Shown piece by piece: positions 49,217 through 58,248 of a stretch of 64,000 bases of DNA. The translations under genes and the position numbers were made by a program. Position 1 is the first letter of the stretch. The number at the start of each line of letters is the position of its first letter. This DNA comes from an uncultured Armatimonadetes bacterium (GTDB taxonomy: Bacteria; Armatimonadota; Hebobacteria; Hebobacterales; Hebobacteraceae): positions 2,240,001 to 2,304,000 of the forward strand of contig OY970296.1 in NCBI GenBank assembly GCA_963716175.1. Reading direction: 5' to 3'. The notes beneath the pieces are model-generated. The model saw nothing but the letters and a program-made list of their open reading frames with translations. It did not search any database and was not told the origin of the DNA.

Positions 49217-49969
49217 TCACGAGGATCTCGGCTCTATCCCCAACCGCCGCGCCAGCCTCTCGACCGCTCCGCCAAAATCGACGTGCTCGATCAGCTCCAC
49301 GAATCGGAACACATCGCCTTGCGCCTTGCAGCTGTAGCAGATCCAGAGGCCTAACTCCGGGTCCACGTGGAATGACGGTATGCCCTCATGTCGGTGGAAC
49401 GGGCAGAGGCCGACTAGATGCCGCCCCACCCTGACCAGCTCGGCGTGGGGCGCTATCACCTCCGCGAAGTCGACCCGCCGGCGAATATCCGCGAGGTCGT
49501 AGCCGCGGCCGGGGGAAGGTCGCTCCTCATACATCACTGATCTCCCGACCGCGGCAGCGTCTTCGGCCTCGTGGATTATGCGTTCCAGGCGTTCCATCAC
49601 CTTGCGCACCTGCCTGGGGCTCAGAGCGAACTCTATGCTCGACGAGCCCCAATGAAGGCCGAGTACTGCCTCGTTCGTGTAGTAGGTCCTGCCGGGCGAC
49701 TGCTCATCGTCTCGGACCTGAAAGGCACCATTCCTGAGCGATAGGTAAGCACTGTCGCCCTCGTCCTCGGACGCGTCAGTTCGCGCAGCTTTCGCAAGAA
49801 GGTTAGCTACCTTCCCTCCCATCCCAGTGATCCGACCTCGGACGCGTTTGTACGGCTCGCTGAACCAGGATGGCCTGTGGAAGGCCACTGGTTCTCCGTC
49901 CTCGATCTCGACAACGTCGCCATCTGAGATCCTCACGTCTGCCGTTCCTTCCGTCTGCACTTCCTTCAT
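49217..49969 (-). CDS. Hypothetical protein with C-terminal CHC2 zinc finger
   Basis: GLCPFHRHEGIPSFHV...WICYSCKAQGDVFRFVELIEHVDFGGAVERLA; GGAGG SD. Confidence 0.8.
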   Translation of the reverse strand: MKEVQTEGTADVRISDGDVVEIEDGEPVAFHRPSWFSEPYKRVRGRITGMGGKVANLLAKAARTDASEDEGDSAYLSLRNGAFQVRDDEQSPGRTYYTNEAVLGLHWGSSSIEFALSPRQVRKVMERLERIIHEAEDAAAVGRSVMYEERPSPGRGYDLADIRRRVDFAEVIAPHAELVRVGRHLVGLCPFHRHEGIPSFHVDPELGLWICYSCKAQGDVFRFVELIEHVDFGGAVERLARRLGIEPRSS

Positions 49970-50151
49970 CGTTTCGCCTCCGTGGTATGCTTCACGTGGG
50001 GATCTCCCCACGGTCCTGAGTCACCGCCTACCTCCCGGACTGCCGGCGGCCGAACAGAAGGACCCGCGGCGATCACGCCGGGGTCCCTCGATGCTTGGGT
50101 CTCTACGGTTGTCTAGGGTTCGCGACTGGGCTAAACCAGGCCTGGCGCGCC

Positions 50152-50415
50152 CTACCCGCCACCAGCAGCCAGTCGTCGCTGTTCAGCGCCGCTGCTGTGG
50201 CTGTGGCGGTCTAGGAGCCTGATCCTCCTGGGCGGGAGACGAAATATCAAGGGTGTCAAAATCCCGCCGGGGCTATATACGCTCTCAACTTTGCCGGTCA
50301 GCTGCAGCAACGCCTCCAGGCTTCCGTGCACCAGCAGCTTCGCGCCCGGCCGCTTGCGCTTTGGCCGTGGGTCCTCGTGCACTTCGATCTTCCCCGCCAA
50401 GCGCGACAGGGCGCT
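50152..50415 (-). pseudogene. Probable C-terminal remnant of a large serine recombinase
   Basis: ALSRLAGKIEV...LLVHGSLEALL...VYSPGGI resembles LSR C-termini; no catalytic domain present. Confidence 0.4.
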
Positions 50416-50514
50416 CCCACCGTGGTCCCACGGGCCCTCAACCGCGCACCTGCTTTCACGCGTCGGGCGACTGATGCGCAGCCATCAGGCCTTGGGCCGC
50501 CGGGACGTTCCCTC

Positions 50515-52665
50515 TCACCTCTCCCGCGCCAGCAAGCCCACCTGGGGCGTCACGCGATGCGTCAGGTCGCGGTCGGCCAGGACACCTTCGGGGCCGACAA
50601 TGCGGATGCGGCCTCCAGGGTCACCCGCGGTGGAGAAGAGCACCCAGACGTTCCTGTCGCCCGCCGCGAAGCGCACGCCAACACGGCCATCCTCGCCAAG
50701 CAGCTCGCAGGGGCCCATCGTCTCTAGCCTAGCACGGTCACCTACTTGGATCAGATGCAGGAACACGTCGTCGGTGCGCGCCTCGGCAGGGGAAACCTCC
50801 ACGCGCCACTGCCCCAGCAGCTCCACGTCGTCACGGGTACGCCAGTCGGCCGGCAGGGGCCAGTTGCGGCCGTCTGACCAGAACTGCTTGCCCGGGCCGC
50901 CGACCTTACGCAGCTCGGCCCTCTCAGGCAGCAGCGTGCGGCAGAAGATGCGGCCTTCGCCCTGGTCGGCACGGAGAAGAGGCCCTTGCACTTCGGGCTC
51001 ACGCGCGGTGTGGAGCACCCATGTCTTGCGGTACTCGGGCCGGGTGGACGTCACCCGGTCCAGGATCACAAAATGGTCGGGGGGGACGAAGACGATCTGG
51101 CGCGTGGCGAGGGAGCACTTCCGCGCGTTGTAGCACGGGGTGGCATCACCGGCCACGTAGGTGTACTCCGGGCCCGTCTCAAACGCCAGCAGCTTCGACC
51201 CCGATACCTTGTCCTGCCCGCCGTCATTCGGGACCGGCAGCGGTTCCTCACCGGGTGCGGGGCCTCCCCAATAACGCGGGAGATCCTCACCCGCCATGTT
51301 GATGAGCACGCAGTTGTGCGCTACGGTGCGGCAGTAGTAGTGGGTTAGGTGCTGGCCAGGCTCGGGACGTGTGCCGGTGTCGAGCGCCAGAAATCCCTTC
51401 CTGTAGATGACGAAGTTGTTGTTATCGTAGTGGCGGTGCATCTCCAGCGTGCCGCCGCAGGTGAAGAGGGCGTAGGTGTCGTCCGGCCCGGACCCGGAGC
51501 GCATGAACACCTGGCCCATACCCTCGAAGTTCCGGGCCGGCGGGAGCGTCTCCGCGGGAGGCCTCGCCTCCGGGGCGGCCTCGATCCGGGTCAGCAGGAA
51601 CGGAACGACGGGCCAGGTGCCGGAGTACCGACCCTCGGGGATGGCGCCCATCATCCACCGTGCCAGCGCCGCGCACTCCGGCTGGCTCCTGCCGTAGAAG
51701 TGCAGCGTCTCGGCCAGGTGGGTGTACATGCTGCCCGAGGGCAGGTCATTCGTGGTGTGGTAGGAGTCTCCCGTGCCGAACTCGTGCTGGCCTGGCAGCC
51801 AGTTCCAGATCACGTAGTTCGCGAAGTAGGCCACGTAAGGCCAGTCGCCGGAGATGTCCTCTCCCGTGGCGGACTCCCAGGTGTGGAAGAAGCCGAACTC
51901 GGCCCAGGGGTAGGCGCCCATGCAGTAGCCGAGGGTGGCCGAAGCGGATCCCCCATCGTTCCCCGCCGCGCGGCGCCGGTGCTCCAGCACCTGGTGGTAC
52001 AGATCGTGGCCGCGGATCATGAAGTCACGGGCCCGGGCGTCGTCGATGCCCTCGCCATAGGTGGCCAGACCGGCGTACCAGAGCATACTTGGGGTGCTGT
52101 AGAACCCGCTCTCCGGGCCGCCGTCGTTCAGCCGCTCGATGCGCGGCTTCCCGGGGCCCGGCTGCTCGTCGTCCACGTGCTGTAGGAACGAGCGGCCCAT
52201 ATCCCGGCGCTCCTCCGGCGTCATCTCATTGAAGACCCAGTCGAAGGCGCACCACGCATTGATCCGCGAGCTGGAGTACCAGTTCACCGACTCGAGCGCG
52301 GCGCGGGTGGCCTGGTAAGACTCGATACTCCTGCGCAGCAAGGCCTTCGTCAGCTCCAGGTAAGCAGCGTCGCCGGTCATCCGGTAGACGAAGGCCGCGC
52401 TCGCCGCCTCAGTGCCCCAGTCCTTCGCCTCCGGCTGCCGGGGGAGCCGGTCGACGCGCTGCTTCAGCCGGTCGTAGCAGGCGCGCTCAGGCCCGAGGGC
52501 GCGGGCCCTGACGGCAGGCCAGGTTTCCGCGTTGAAGAACAGACGCGGGTGGTCCTTCCGGACGCGGGCGACCCACCCGGGATCGTTGGCGGCCGCGCCG
52601 GGCGACACTCCGGCCAGAAGCACCGCGGCAAGCGCGAGCAGCGCTGCCAGAATCGGGCATGTCAT
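50515..52665 (-). CDS. Secreted heparinase II/III family polysaccharide lyase
   Basis: Signal peptide; HPRLFF; GQVFMRSG; HRHYDNNNFVIY; RTVAHNCVLI. Confidence 0.9.
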   Translation of the reverse strand: MTCPILAALLALAAVLLAGVSPGAAANDPGWVARVRKDHPRLFFNAETWPAVRARALGPERACYDRLKQRVDRLPRQPEAKDWGTEAASAAFVYRMTGDAAYLELTKALLRRSIESYQATRAALESVNWYSSSRINAWCAFDWVFNEMTPEERRDMGRSFLQHVDDEQPGPGKPRIERLNDGGPESGFYSTPSMLWYAGLATYGEGIDDARARDFMIRGHDLYHQVLEHRRRAAGNDGGSASATLGYCMGAYPWAEFGFFHTWESATGEDISGDWPYVAYFANYVIWNWLPGQHEFGTGDSYHTTNDLPSGSMYTHLAETLHFYGRSQPECAALARWMMGAIPEGRYSGTWPVVPFLLTRIEAAPEARPPAETLPPARNFEGMGQVFMRSGSGPDDTYALFTCGGTLEMHRHYDNNNFVIYRKGFLALDTGTRPEPGQHLTHYYCRTVAHNCVLINMAGEDLPRYWGGPAPGEEPLPVPNDGGQDKVSGSKLLAFETGPEYTYVAGDATPCYNARKCSLATRQIVFVPPDHFVILDRVTSTRPEYRKTWVLHTAREPEVQGPLLRADQGEGRIFCRTLLPERAELRKVGGPGKQFWSDGRNWPLPADWRTRDDVELLGQWRVEVSPAEARTDDVFLHLIQVGDRARLETMGPCELLGEDGRVGVRFAAGDRNVWVLFSTAGDPGGRIRIVGPEGVLADRDLTHRVTPQVGLLARER

Positions 52666-52995
52666 GTCGGCTCTCCTCGCCAGTCTCCTCAAGAAGGCTG
52701 TGGGTTTCCCAGCTTCGGGACCCGCCAGTCACTGGACTCCGGTAGGTAGCGTGATGTCATGCCGGCGTCACGGACGGTCGGCAACGACACGCGGCTCTCG
52801 ATCACAGTGCCCATTCACACGCGGGCCGCTCAAGCGAGTCTCCGAAGCGCATCGTCCATCCCGCGGGCCACACACAAGTTCCCAGACAGCACGGGGCAAT
52901 ACTGGCTTTCCCATCTTCTGTTCCTGTCACGACGCTGGCGACAGTCCCCGGACGGCGGCATCCCACTGCCTGCTCCACCGGGATCTCTCGCGTCC

Positions 52996-54006
52996 TCATC
53001 TGCTCATTGCTCTGTCAAGCACCCCCCACAAATGCTTGGTGTGCGGCACCATATCCTGGCGAAAGTACCACCAGAAGAAGCCCTTGATATAGCGAGGATG
53101 ATCTATCTGCATGAGGTAGAACTCATCGATCAGAGCGGCCTTCTCGGCGTCGGTGCCTTCAATCCCCAGCTCCCCAAAGCCCAACTTGGAGTTGGGAAAG
53201 ACGTTTCCGATCCTGGTGAACTCACTCTTCCAATCGGGCTTGAACTGCGGAGAGTTCCCCGGGTAGTAGCTGAACAGGACGTAGTCAACGCCACGCTTCA
53301 TCCGCTCCGGGATGTAGGTCCGTACCCAGGAGTACATCTCGTATTGAGGAGCCGCCGCGCATGGGGGAGAAACCGCGCAATCCTGACCCTCATTGAACAC
53401 CAAGGTCAGCACCGTCTTTCCGCCAGCGGCTTTGACGATATCATAGGCGGCCGAGACCTTGGCCGAAACATCGCCTACTGGGCCGAGCCAGTTACCATTG
53501 ACTTCGTTGCCGACTTCCCACAGGTCAACTCTGTCAGCGAAAGCGTTCAAGTACTCAGTGAATACCGCCTTGTACTGATCGAGGGTGTAGTCCTCCACGT
53601 AGCTGGAATCAGCGGGTTGGCCGAGGATATAGGCGACAGCGTGAATCTGGTCGACGGCCTGCCGGTAGTCGGCCGCAGGCACGCCCCTGTCGAAGACGAT
53701 CCTGACGGTCACCTTCTTTGAGAATCTGCGGAGGGCGGTGACAACTGCCGACAGGTCGGTGGTGCTGTCAACAGTGACGCCGTAGATCGGAGCGGGGACT
53801 TCACCAATCGCCGAACATGCTGCCGGGGGCGAAGGTGTTGGTGTTGACCGCACAGCCGTCGGCGCTGGCGCAAGCCCTGTCTTACCCGGGCTGATCCCAG
53901 CGGCTTCCGGATAGGCGACGCACAAGCGGGCGACCAACCCAAAGGCAACTACCACCAGTCCAAGAACGACAGGTGACGTCTTTAGGCCCACTGCCCACCT
54001 CCGCAA
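52996..54006 (-). CDS. Secreted putative glycoside hydrolase (clan A-like TIM barrel)
   Basis: Signal/TM segment, Pro/Thr linker, WEVGNEVNG acid/base motif, FGELG nucleophile-like motif. Confidence 0.65.
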   Translation of the reverse strand: MRRWAVGLKTSPVVLGLVVVAFGLVARLCVAYPEAAGISPGKTGLAPAPTAVRSTPTPSPPAACSAIGEVPAPIYGVTVDSTTDLSAVVTALRRFSKKVTVRIVFDRGVPAADYRQAVDQIHAVAYILGQPADSSYVEDYTLDQYKAVFTEYLNAFADRVDLWEVGNEVNGNWLGPVGDVSAKVSAAYDIVKAAGGKTVLTLVFNEGQDCAVSPPCAAAPQYEMYSWVRTYIPERMKRGVDYVLFSYYPGNSPQFKPDWKSEFTRIGNVFPNSKLGFGELGIEGTDAEKAALIDEFYLMQIDHPRYIKGFFWWYFRQDMVPHTKHLWGVLDRAMSR

Positions 54007-54197
54007 GAGATAGCGATCACAGTGTCGGTTCCGTATGCGCGGCCGGCAGTTCGCAGCTCGGCGGCCACGGGACCAAGGCCTGGGGCGCGAGCGGCTGAAA
54101 GCTCAGCACACTGCGTGGCCGCACACTACGGTAGTGTTTTCGATGGCGGTCCGCCAGCACCTGCGGTTCCAGCGCCTGCCACAGCCAAGGCCTCGGG

Positions 54198-54270
54198 CCG
54201 ACGGCCCCCTGCAACCCTCGACTCCGGCTTCCCCTTCGGCATGCAGGCACTATGCGGGGTTCCGTCGCGC
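54198..54270 (+). repeat. Dispersed hairpin repeat, copy 11
   Basis: CGACGGCCCC...GACTCCGGCTTCCCCTTCGGC...GGGGTTCCGTCG. Confidence 0.82.
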
Positions 54271-54397
54271 ATGGGGCAGTGCCAGGGGGCAAGGCTAATC
54301 GGGGCAGGTCAGGCCGGGAATCGTCCATCGCCGGCAGGACCATCGCCACCCGCTCACGTATAGGGCGGGATGGCAACCTTCAGGAGGCAAGACGACC

Positions 54398-55189
54398 GTG
54401 GCGACTACAGGAGACTTCACTTTCTCGGTGTTCACGAAGCCGTGGAAGACGCCGATCCGCGAGCTCGGCGCGTTTGTGAAAGGGCTGGGATTCGACGCCA
54501 TCGAGCTGCCCGTGCGGCCTGGCTACCAGGTGCTGCCGGAGAACGTCGAGCGCGACCTGCCTAAGGCCGCCAGGCAGTTAGCTGACTGCGGCGTGGCTAT
54601 CGCCAGCATCGCCGGGCCCACCGACGAGAAGACCATCGCCGCCTGCGCCGAGGCCGGCGTGCCGATCATCCGCGTCATGGTCCGCATCGGCGAAGAGGGC
54701 TACATGGCGACGGACGCGAGAACCCAGGCCGAGTACGAGGCCCTCGTCCCCCTGCTCGACAGGTACAAGGTTCAGATCGGGGTGCAGAATCACTGCGACG
54801 AGTTCGTCGCCAACGCGATTGGCTTGCTTCATCTCATGGAGCGCTTCGACCCCAAGCACGTTGGCGCGGTCTGGGATCCGGCCCACTGCGCGCTCAATGG
54901 TGAGGACCCGGAGCTGGCCGTTGATATCCTCTGGTCCCACCTCTGCATGGTGAACCTGAAGAATGCCTTCTGGCAGCGGAGGACCGGCCCCGAGGCCGAG
55001 GTCGCCAAATGGCAGGTCTACTGGACCACCGGAAGACAGGGGCTTGCCTCCTGGGCGCGTGTCGGCGCCGAGCTGAAGCGGCGGAAGTGGCGTGGCGTCC
55101 TCTGCCTCACCGCCGAGTACAGTGACGAGCCGTCGGTCAACCGCCTGATCGCCGACGATATCGCCTTCGCCAAATCGCTGTTCACCTGA
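54398..55189 (+). CDS. Sugar phosphate isomerase/epimerase (xylose isomerase-like TIM barrel)
   Basis: GLGFDAIEL, QNH, WDPAH, NLKN, LTAEY; CAGGAGG SD. Confidence 0.85.
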   Translation: MATTGDFTFSVFTKPWKTPIRELGAFVKGLGFDAIELPVRPGYQVLPENVERDLPKAARQLADCGVAIASIAGPTDEKTIAACAEAGVPIIRVMVRIGEEGYMATDARTQAEYEALVPLLDRYKVQIGVQNHCDEFVANAIGLLHLMERFDPKHVGAVWDPAHCALNGEDPELAVDILWSHLCMVNLKNAFWQRRTGPEAEVAKWQVYWTTGRQGLASWARVGAELKRRKWRGVLCLTAEYSDEPSVNRLIADDIAFAKSLFT

Positions 55190-55263
55190 GGATGCCGCGC
55201 TAGCCGAGAACTCATCTGCGCGCCCGAAACGGGACTGACGCCTGCAACGAAGAGGCCCTGTGC

Positions 55264-55335
55264 GCGACGGCCCGAGCAACCCTCCGACTCCGGCTGCCCT
55301 CCTCGGCTTGGCATCAGTGTTCGGGGTTCCGTCGC
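55264..55335 (+). repeat. Dispersed hairpin repeat, copy 12
   Basis: GCGACGGCCCGAGCA...GACTCCGGCT...TGTTCGGGGTTCCGTCGC. Confidence 0.85.
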
Positions 55336-55685
55336 GGGTGCCGGAGATCCTGAAGCTGACCGGCAGCGGCGCTGACTGTATGCTGGGGCCCATGTGTCGT
55401 GTCCGCCCTGCCTGCAGCAGGACCACCTGCGTGATCAGGCAGATCGAGGTTCCGGCCGCTTCCGCGTGGATTCACTCCGGGCGAAATGGAGTGCCCACCC
55501 TACGACAGAGGATGTCCCCGGAGCAAGGCAGGAGCGGTTCCACGGCGAAGTGGCCGGCGCACGTGGAAGCGATCGACCATCTTGCTGGGGGCACGTGACC
55601 CGGGCTGGCAATCCCAGTCCTGGTGGAGTCGCCAGCGCCCGGGTGTGGCGTCGGAGCCGGCAATCTTCGACGATGGAGAGGCGAC

Positions 55686-56666
55686 ATGTCTGTCGTGAGC
55701 TTCGCCCTGATCGGATGTGGGTCCATGGGCCGCACGCTCGCTGATTCGCTGAGGGAGCATCGCGACTCCCACTTGGTGGCAGCAGCTGATCCGAATGAGG
55801 ACGCGCGCCTACAGGCCGTTGCGAAGTATGGCGTGCAAGGTTACACCAGGTACGAGGACCTCCTCCAGCGGGATGATATCGACGCCGTCGTGGTAGCCAC
55901 GCCGAGCTACCTCCACAAGGAGGTCGCGGTTGCGGCCGCGAAGGCCGGAAAGCATGTCTTCTGTGAGAAGCCGATGGCGCTCAACACCGCCGACTGCGAT
56001 GCCATGCTGCAGGCCGCGAAGGATGCAGGCGTCAAGCTCATGGTGGGACACGTACTGAGGCTGATGTTCCCCTGGTGGCGAATCAAGGAGTTGGCCGGCG
56101 AGAACGAACTCGGCGCGCCGTTCTGTGTGAGTATCCGCCGATATAGCCGGATGTTTCCCAGAGGCTGGCGCGCACAATCCGAGTTGTCGGGAGGCCAGCT
56201 CTTCGAAGTGCATGTGCACGAGCTGGACTTCATGCGCCACCTGTGCGGGGAGGTGGCAGAGGTGAGCGCCTATGGGGGAAGCTTCGCCTGTGACGACGGC
56301 GGCAAGTGCGACGTCTACCTCATCAACCTGCGTTTCCGCTCAGGCGCCGTTGGGCAGCTTCACGGCGGGGCCACCACTGGGCGGTCGCGGTACGAGGGGC
56401 AGGTGCTGTGTCCACGCGGGGCGCTGCTGTTCGGCCCTGACTGGGGCACTGGTACCATGGAGCAAGGCGACCGAGAACCGCAACCTCTCGACCCGGACGT
56501 GCGGACCGGGCCGGTGGGGGTGGACTGGGAGTTGGATTCCTTCCTGCGATGGCTGCTGCGCGGCGACTTGCCGGTGTTTACAGGCGAGGACGGGAGGGCG
56601 GCCGTTCAACTGGCTGAAGCTGCCCGTCGCTCCATCGCAGACGCGCGGCCAGTCGGCCTGTCCTGA
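55686..56666 (+). CDS. Gfo/Idh/MocA family oxidoreductase
   Basis: IGCGSMG, VATPSYLH, HVFCEKPMA, HVHELD. Confidence 0.92.
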   Translation: MSVVSFALIGCGSMGRTLADSLREHRDSHLVAAADPNEDARLQAVAKYGVQGYTRYEDLLQRDDIDAVVVATPSYLHKEVAVAAAKAGKHVFCEKPMALNTADCDAMLQAAKDAGVKLMVGHVLRLMFPWWRIKELAGENELGAPFCVSIRRYSRMFPRGWRAQSELSGGQLFEVHVHELDFMRHLCGEVAEVSAYGGSFACDDGGKCDVYLINLRFRSGAVGQLHGGATTGRSRYEGQVLCPRGALLFGPDWGTGTMEQGDREPQPLDPDVRTGPVGVDWELDSFLRWLLRGDLPVFTGEDGRAAVQLAEAARRSIADARPVGLS

Positions 56667-56804
56667 GCGTTCGGCGCGGCACAGGAGCTGACCGACAGAC
56701 GCGGCCGCCGGCCCCGCGGTGCGCCCTTCGCTGTGGGCACATGTCCTGGCGGGTCAACCTCGGCTCCGTAGCAGGCGAGACAACCGCAGGGGTGACGGAC
56801 TCAG

Positions 56805-57854
56805 CTATCCGCTCAGCGCCCGGTAGATCTCTCCCGGGCCCAAGGTGTCGGGGTAATGAGGCCGGAGGAACTTGCGCACTTGCCAGCACAGGTGGCACTT
56901 CTGCACGTACTGCTCCCGGCGATAGCCCAAGCCCTCCGCGAGATGCAAGAGGCCGACCGGGCCCTGCTCGCGCAGCGCCGTGATGATCGGGTTATCCGTG
57001 GCGAACCCCGCCGCCATCAGCTCCCCAAACGGGGTGTGCTCCACGTTCCCGAGGATGACACCGCAGCAGGTTTGCACATTGCCGTACGGGTCGAGGTGGA
57101 TCTCCCACATGGTCTGCGGAGAGAACTCCCAGGCACAGGACATGCCCGGAGGCGCGTCGTGCCACATGTGATCCCTCACGAGATCGGCGATCGGTCGCGC
57201 CGGCAGGTACTGGGCCAGCACCTCCCCGGCCCTGCCCACCATTCGAGGCGGCGATCCCCGCACGTATTCAGTCAGCCGAGCCGGATCGCGGCCGACCCGC
57301 TGCATCCCGAGCAACTGCTCTTTGGTGAAGGGCTCAGCTGCGACATTTCGCTGCCCGAACAGCTCAGCCGCGGCCTCATAGCACCGCAGGTACCGGTCCA
57401 CCGGATAGAACGCCAGGTGAAAGGGGTCGGCGCTGATGTAGAGGCCGCGCACCCCCGCGTCTCGCAGCTCCGTGAGCCGCGCGTGCACCTTCGCCGTATT
57501 CGTGCACCAGGTGGCGTTGGTCTCGATGAAGTGCGGCGCCGCACCGTACCGGGAAGCTCCCCGGCAGATGGCCAGCACTGTCTCGTACTCCAGCATCGCC
57601 TCGCCGCCGGCGATGTGGACGCAGCGATCCGTCGCGCGCAGCATCCGCAGATAGCGGATCCCCCGCTCAACGTCGTGGAACCGCCGAGGATGACGCGGCG
57701 TGCAGCTGAACAGGCAGTGGGGGCAGGCCAGCGTGCAGCGATAGGTCAGCAGCAGGCTCGCCACCGATTTCCGGGTGATGGCGGCGGCTACACCATCTCT
57801 CTCGACTACGGCATCAACGGATCTCCACTGCGCGGACCCGGCTTCCTCAGGCAT
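56805..57854 (-). CDS. Radical SAM protein
   Basis: CTLACPHC, IAGGE, IETNA, ISADPFH, C-terminal Cys cluster. Confidence 0.88.
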   Translation of the reverse strand: MPEEAGSAQWRSVDAVVERDGVAAAITRKSVASLLLTYRCTLACPHCLFSCTPRHPRRFHDVERGIRYLRMLRATDRCVHIAGGEAMLEYETVLAICRGASRYGAAPHFIETNATWCTNTAKVHARLTELRDAGVRGLYISADPFHLAFYPVDRYLRCYEAAAELFGQRNVAAEPFTKEQLLGMQRVGRDPARLTEYVRGSPPRMVGRAGEVLAQYLPARPIADLVRDHMWHDAPPGMSCAWEFSPQTMWEIHLDPYGNVQTCCGVILGNVEHTPFGELMAAGFATDNPIITALREQGPVGLLHLAEGLGYRREQYVQKCHLCWQVRKFLRPHYPDTLGPGEIYRALSG

Positions 57855-57972
57855 GCTTCTTCCCTTCGCCGGGCCCCAGTTCTCTCCTGGACATGTGGGG
57901 GGCGGGTCGCCGGGCAGGTTGCAGGCCTGCGGAGTGGCAACTCGACCAGACGTTCCGCCGCGCGGTCTCATT

Positions 57973-58042
57973 GATCGCCCTCGGCCCTCCTCGACTCCGG
58001 CTACCCCCTGGGCGTGGAGTCGGGGCCTGGGGTTCGGTCGCG
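57973..58042 (+). repeat. Dispersed hairpin repeat, copy 13
   Basis: CGACTCCGGCTACCCCCTGGGCGTGGAGTCG...CCTGGGGTTCGGTCGC. Confidence 0.82.
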
Positions 58043-58248
58043 GATAGTGGTCAGAACCGCGGGTCATTCTGCACTGGCCCGGGTCAGAGCAAGGCTACGG
58101 CGGTTCCAGAGCGAAGTAACCGCTACAGGAGATCGCGCTGACCGCTGTGAAGAGACGAGATCCCGCGCCGGTTGGCATCGCACGATACCAGCGGGGAGGG
58201 CGCGTCGCCGATAGGCCGGCATGATGGCTGAACTAGGAGAGACCACCG

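Larger units (their letters stand above)
45394..50415 (-). mobile_element. Decayed integrative element or phage-satellite-like replication module
   Basis: Co-oriented zinc-finger, Toprim, Prim-Pol and CHC2 genes plus a probable recombinase tail; ends not defined. Confidence 0.6.

Noticed and set aside
11957-58042. Dispersed repeats as a CRISPR array or classical attC sites
   Set aside because: Spacing is kilobases and irregular, no cas genes are present, there are no RYYYAAC/GTTRRRY boxes, and the recombinase lacks the IntI-specific insertion sequence.
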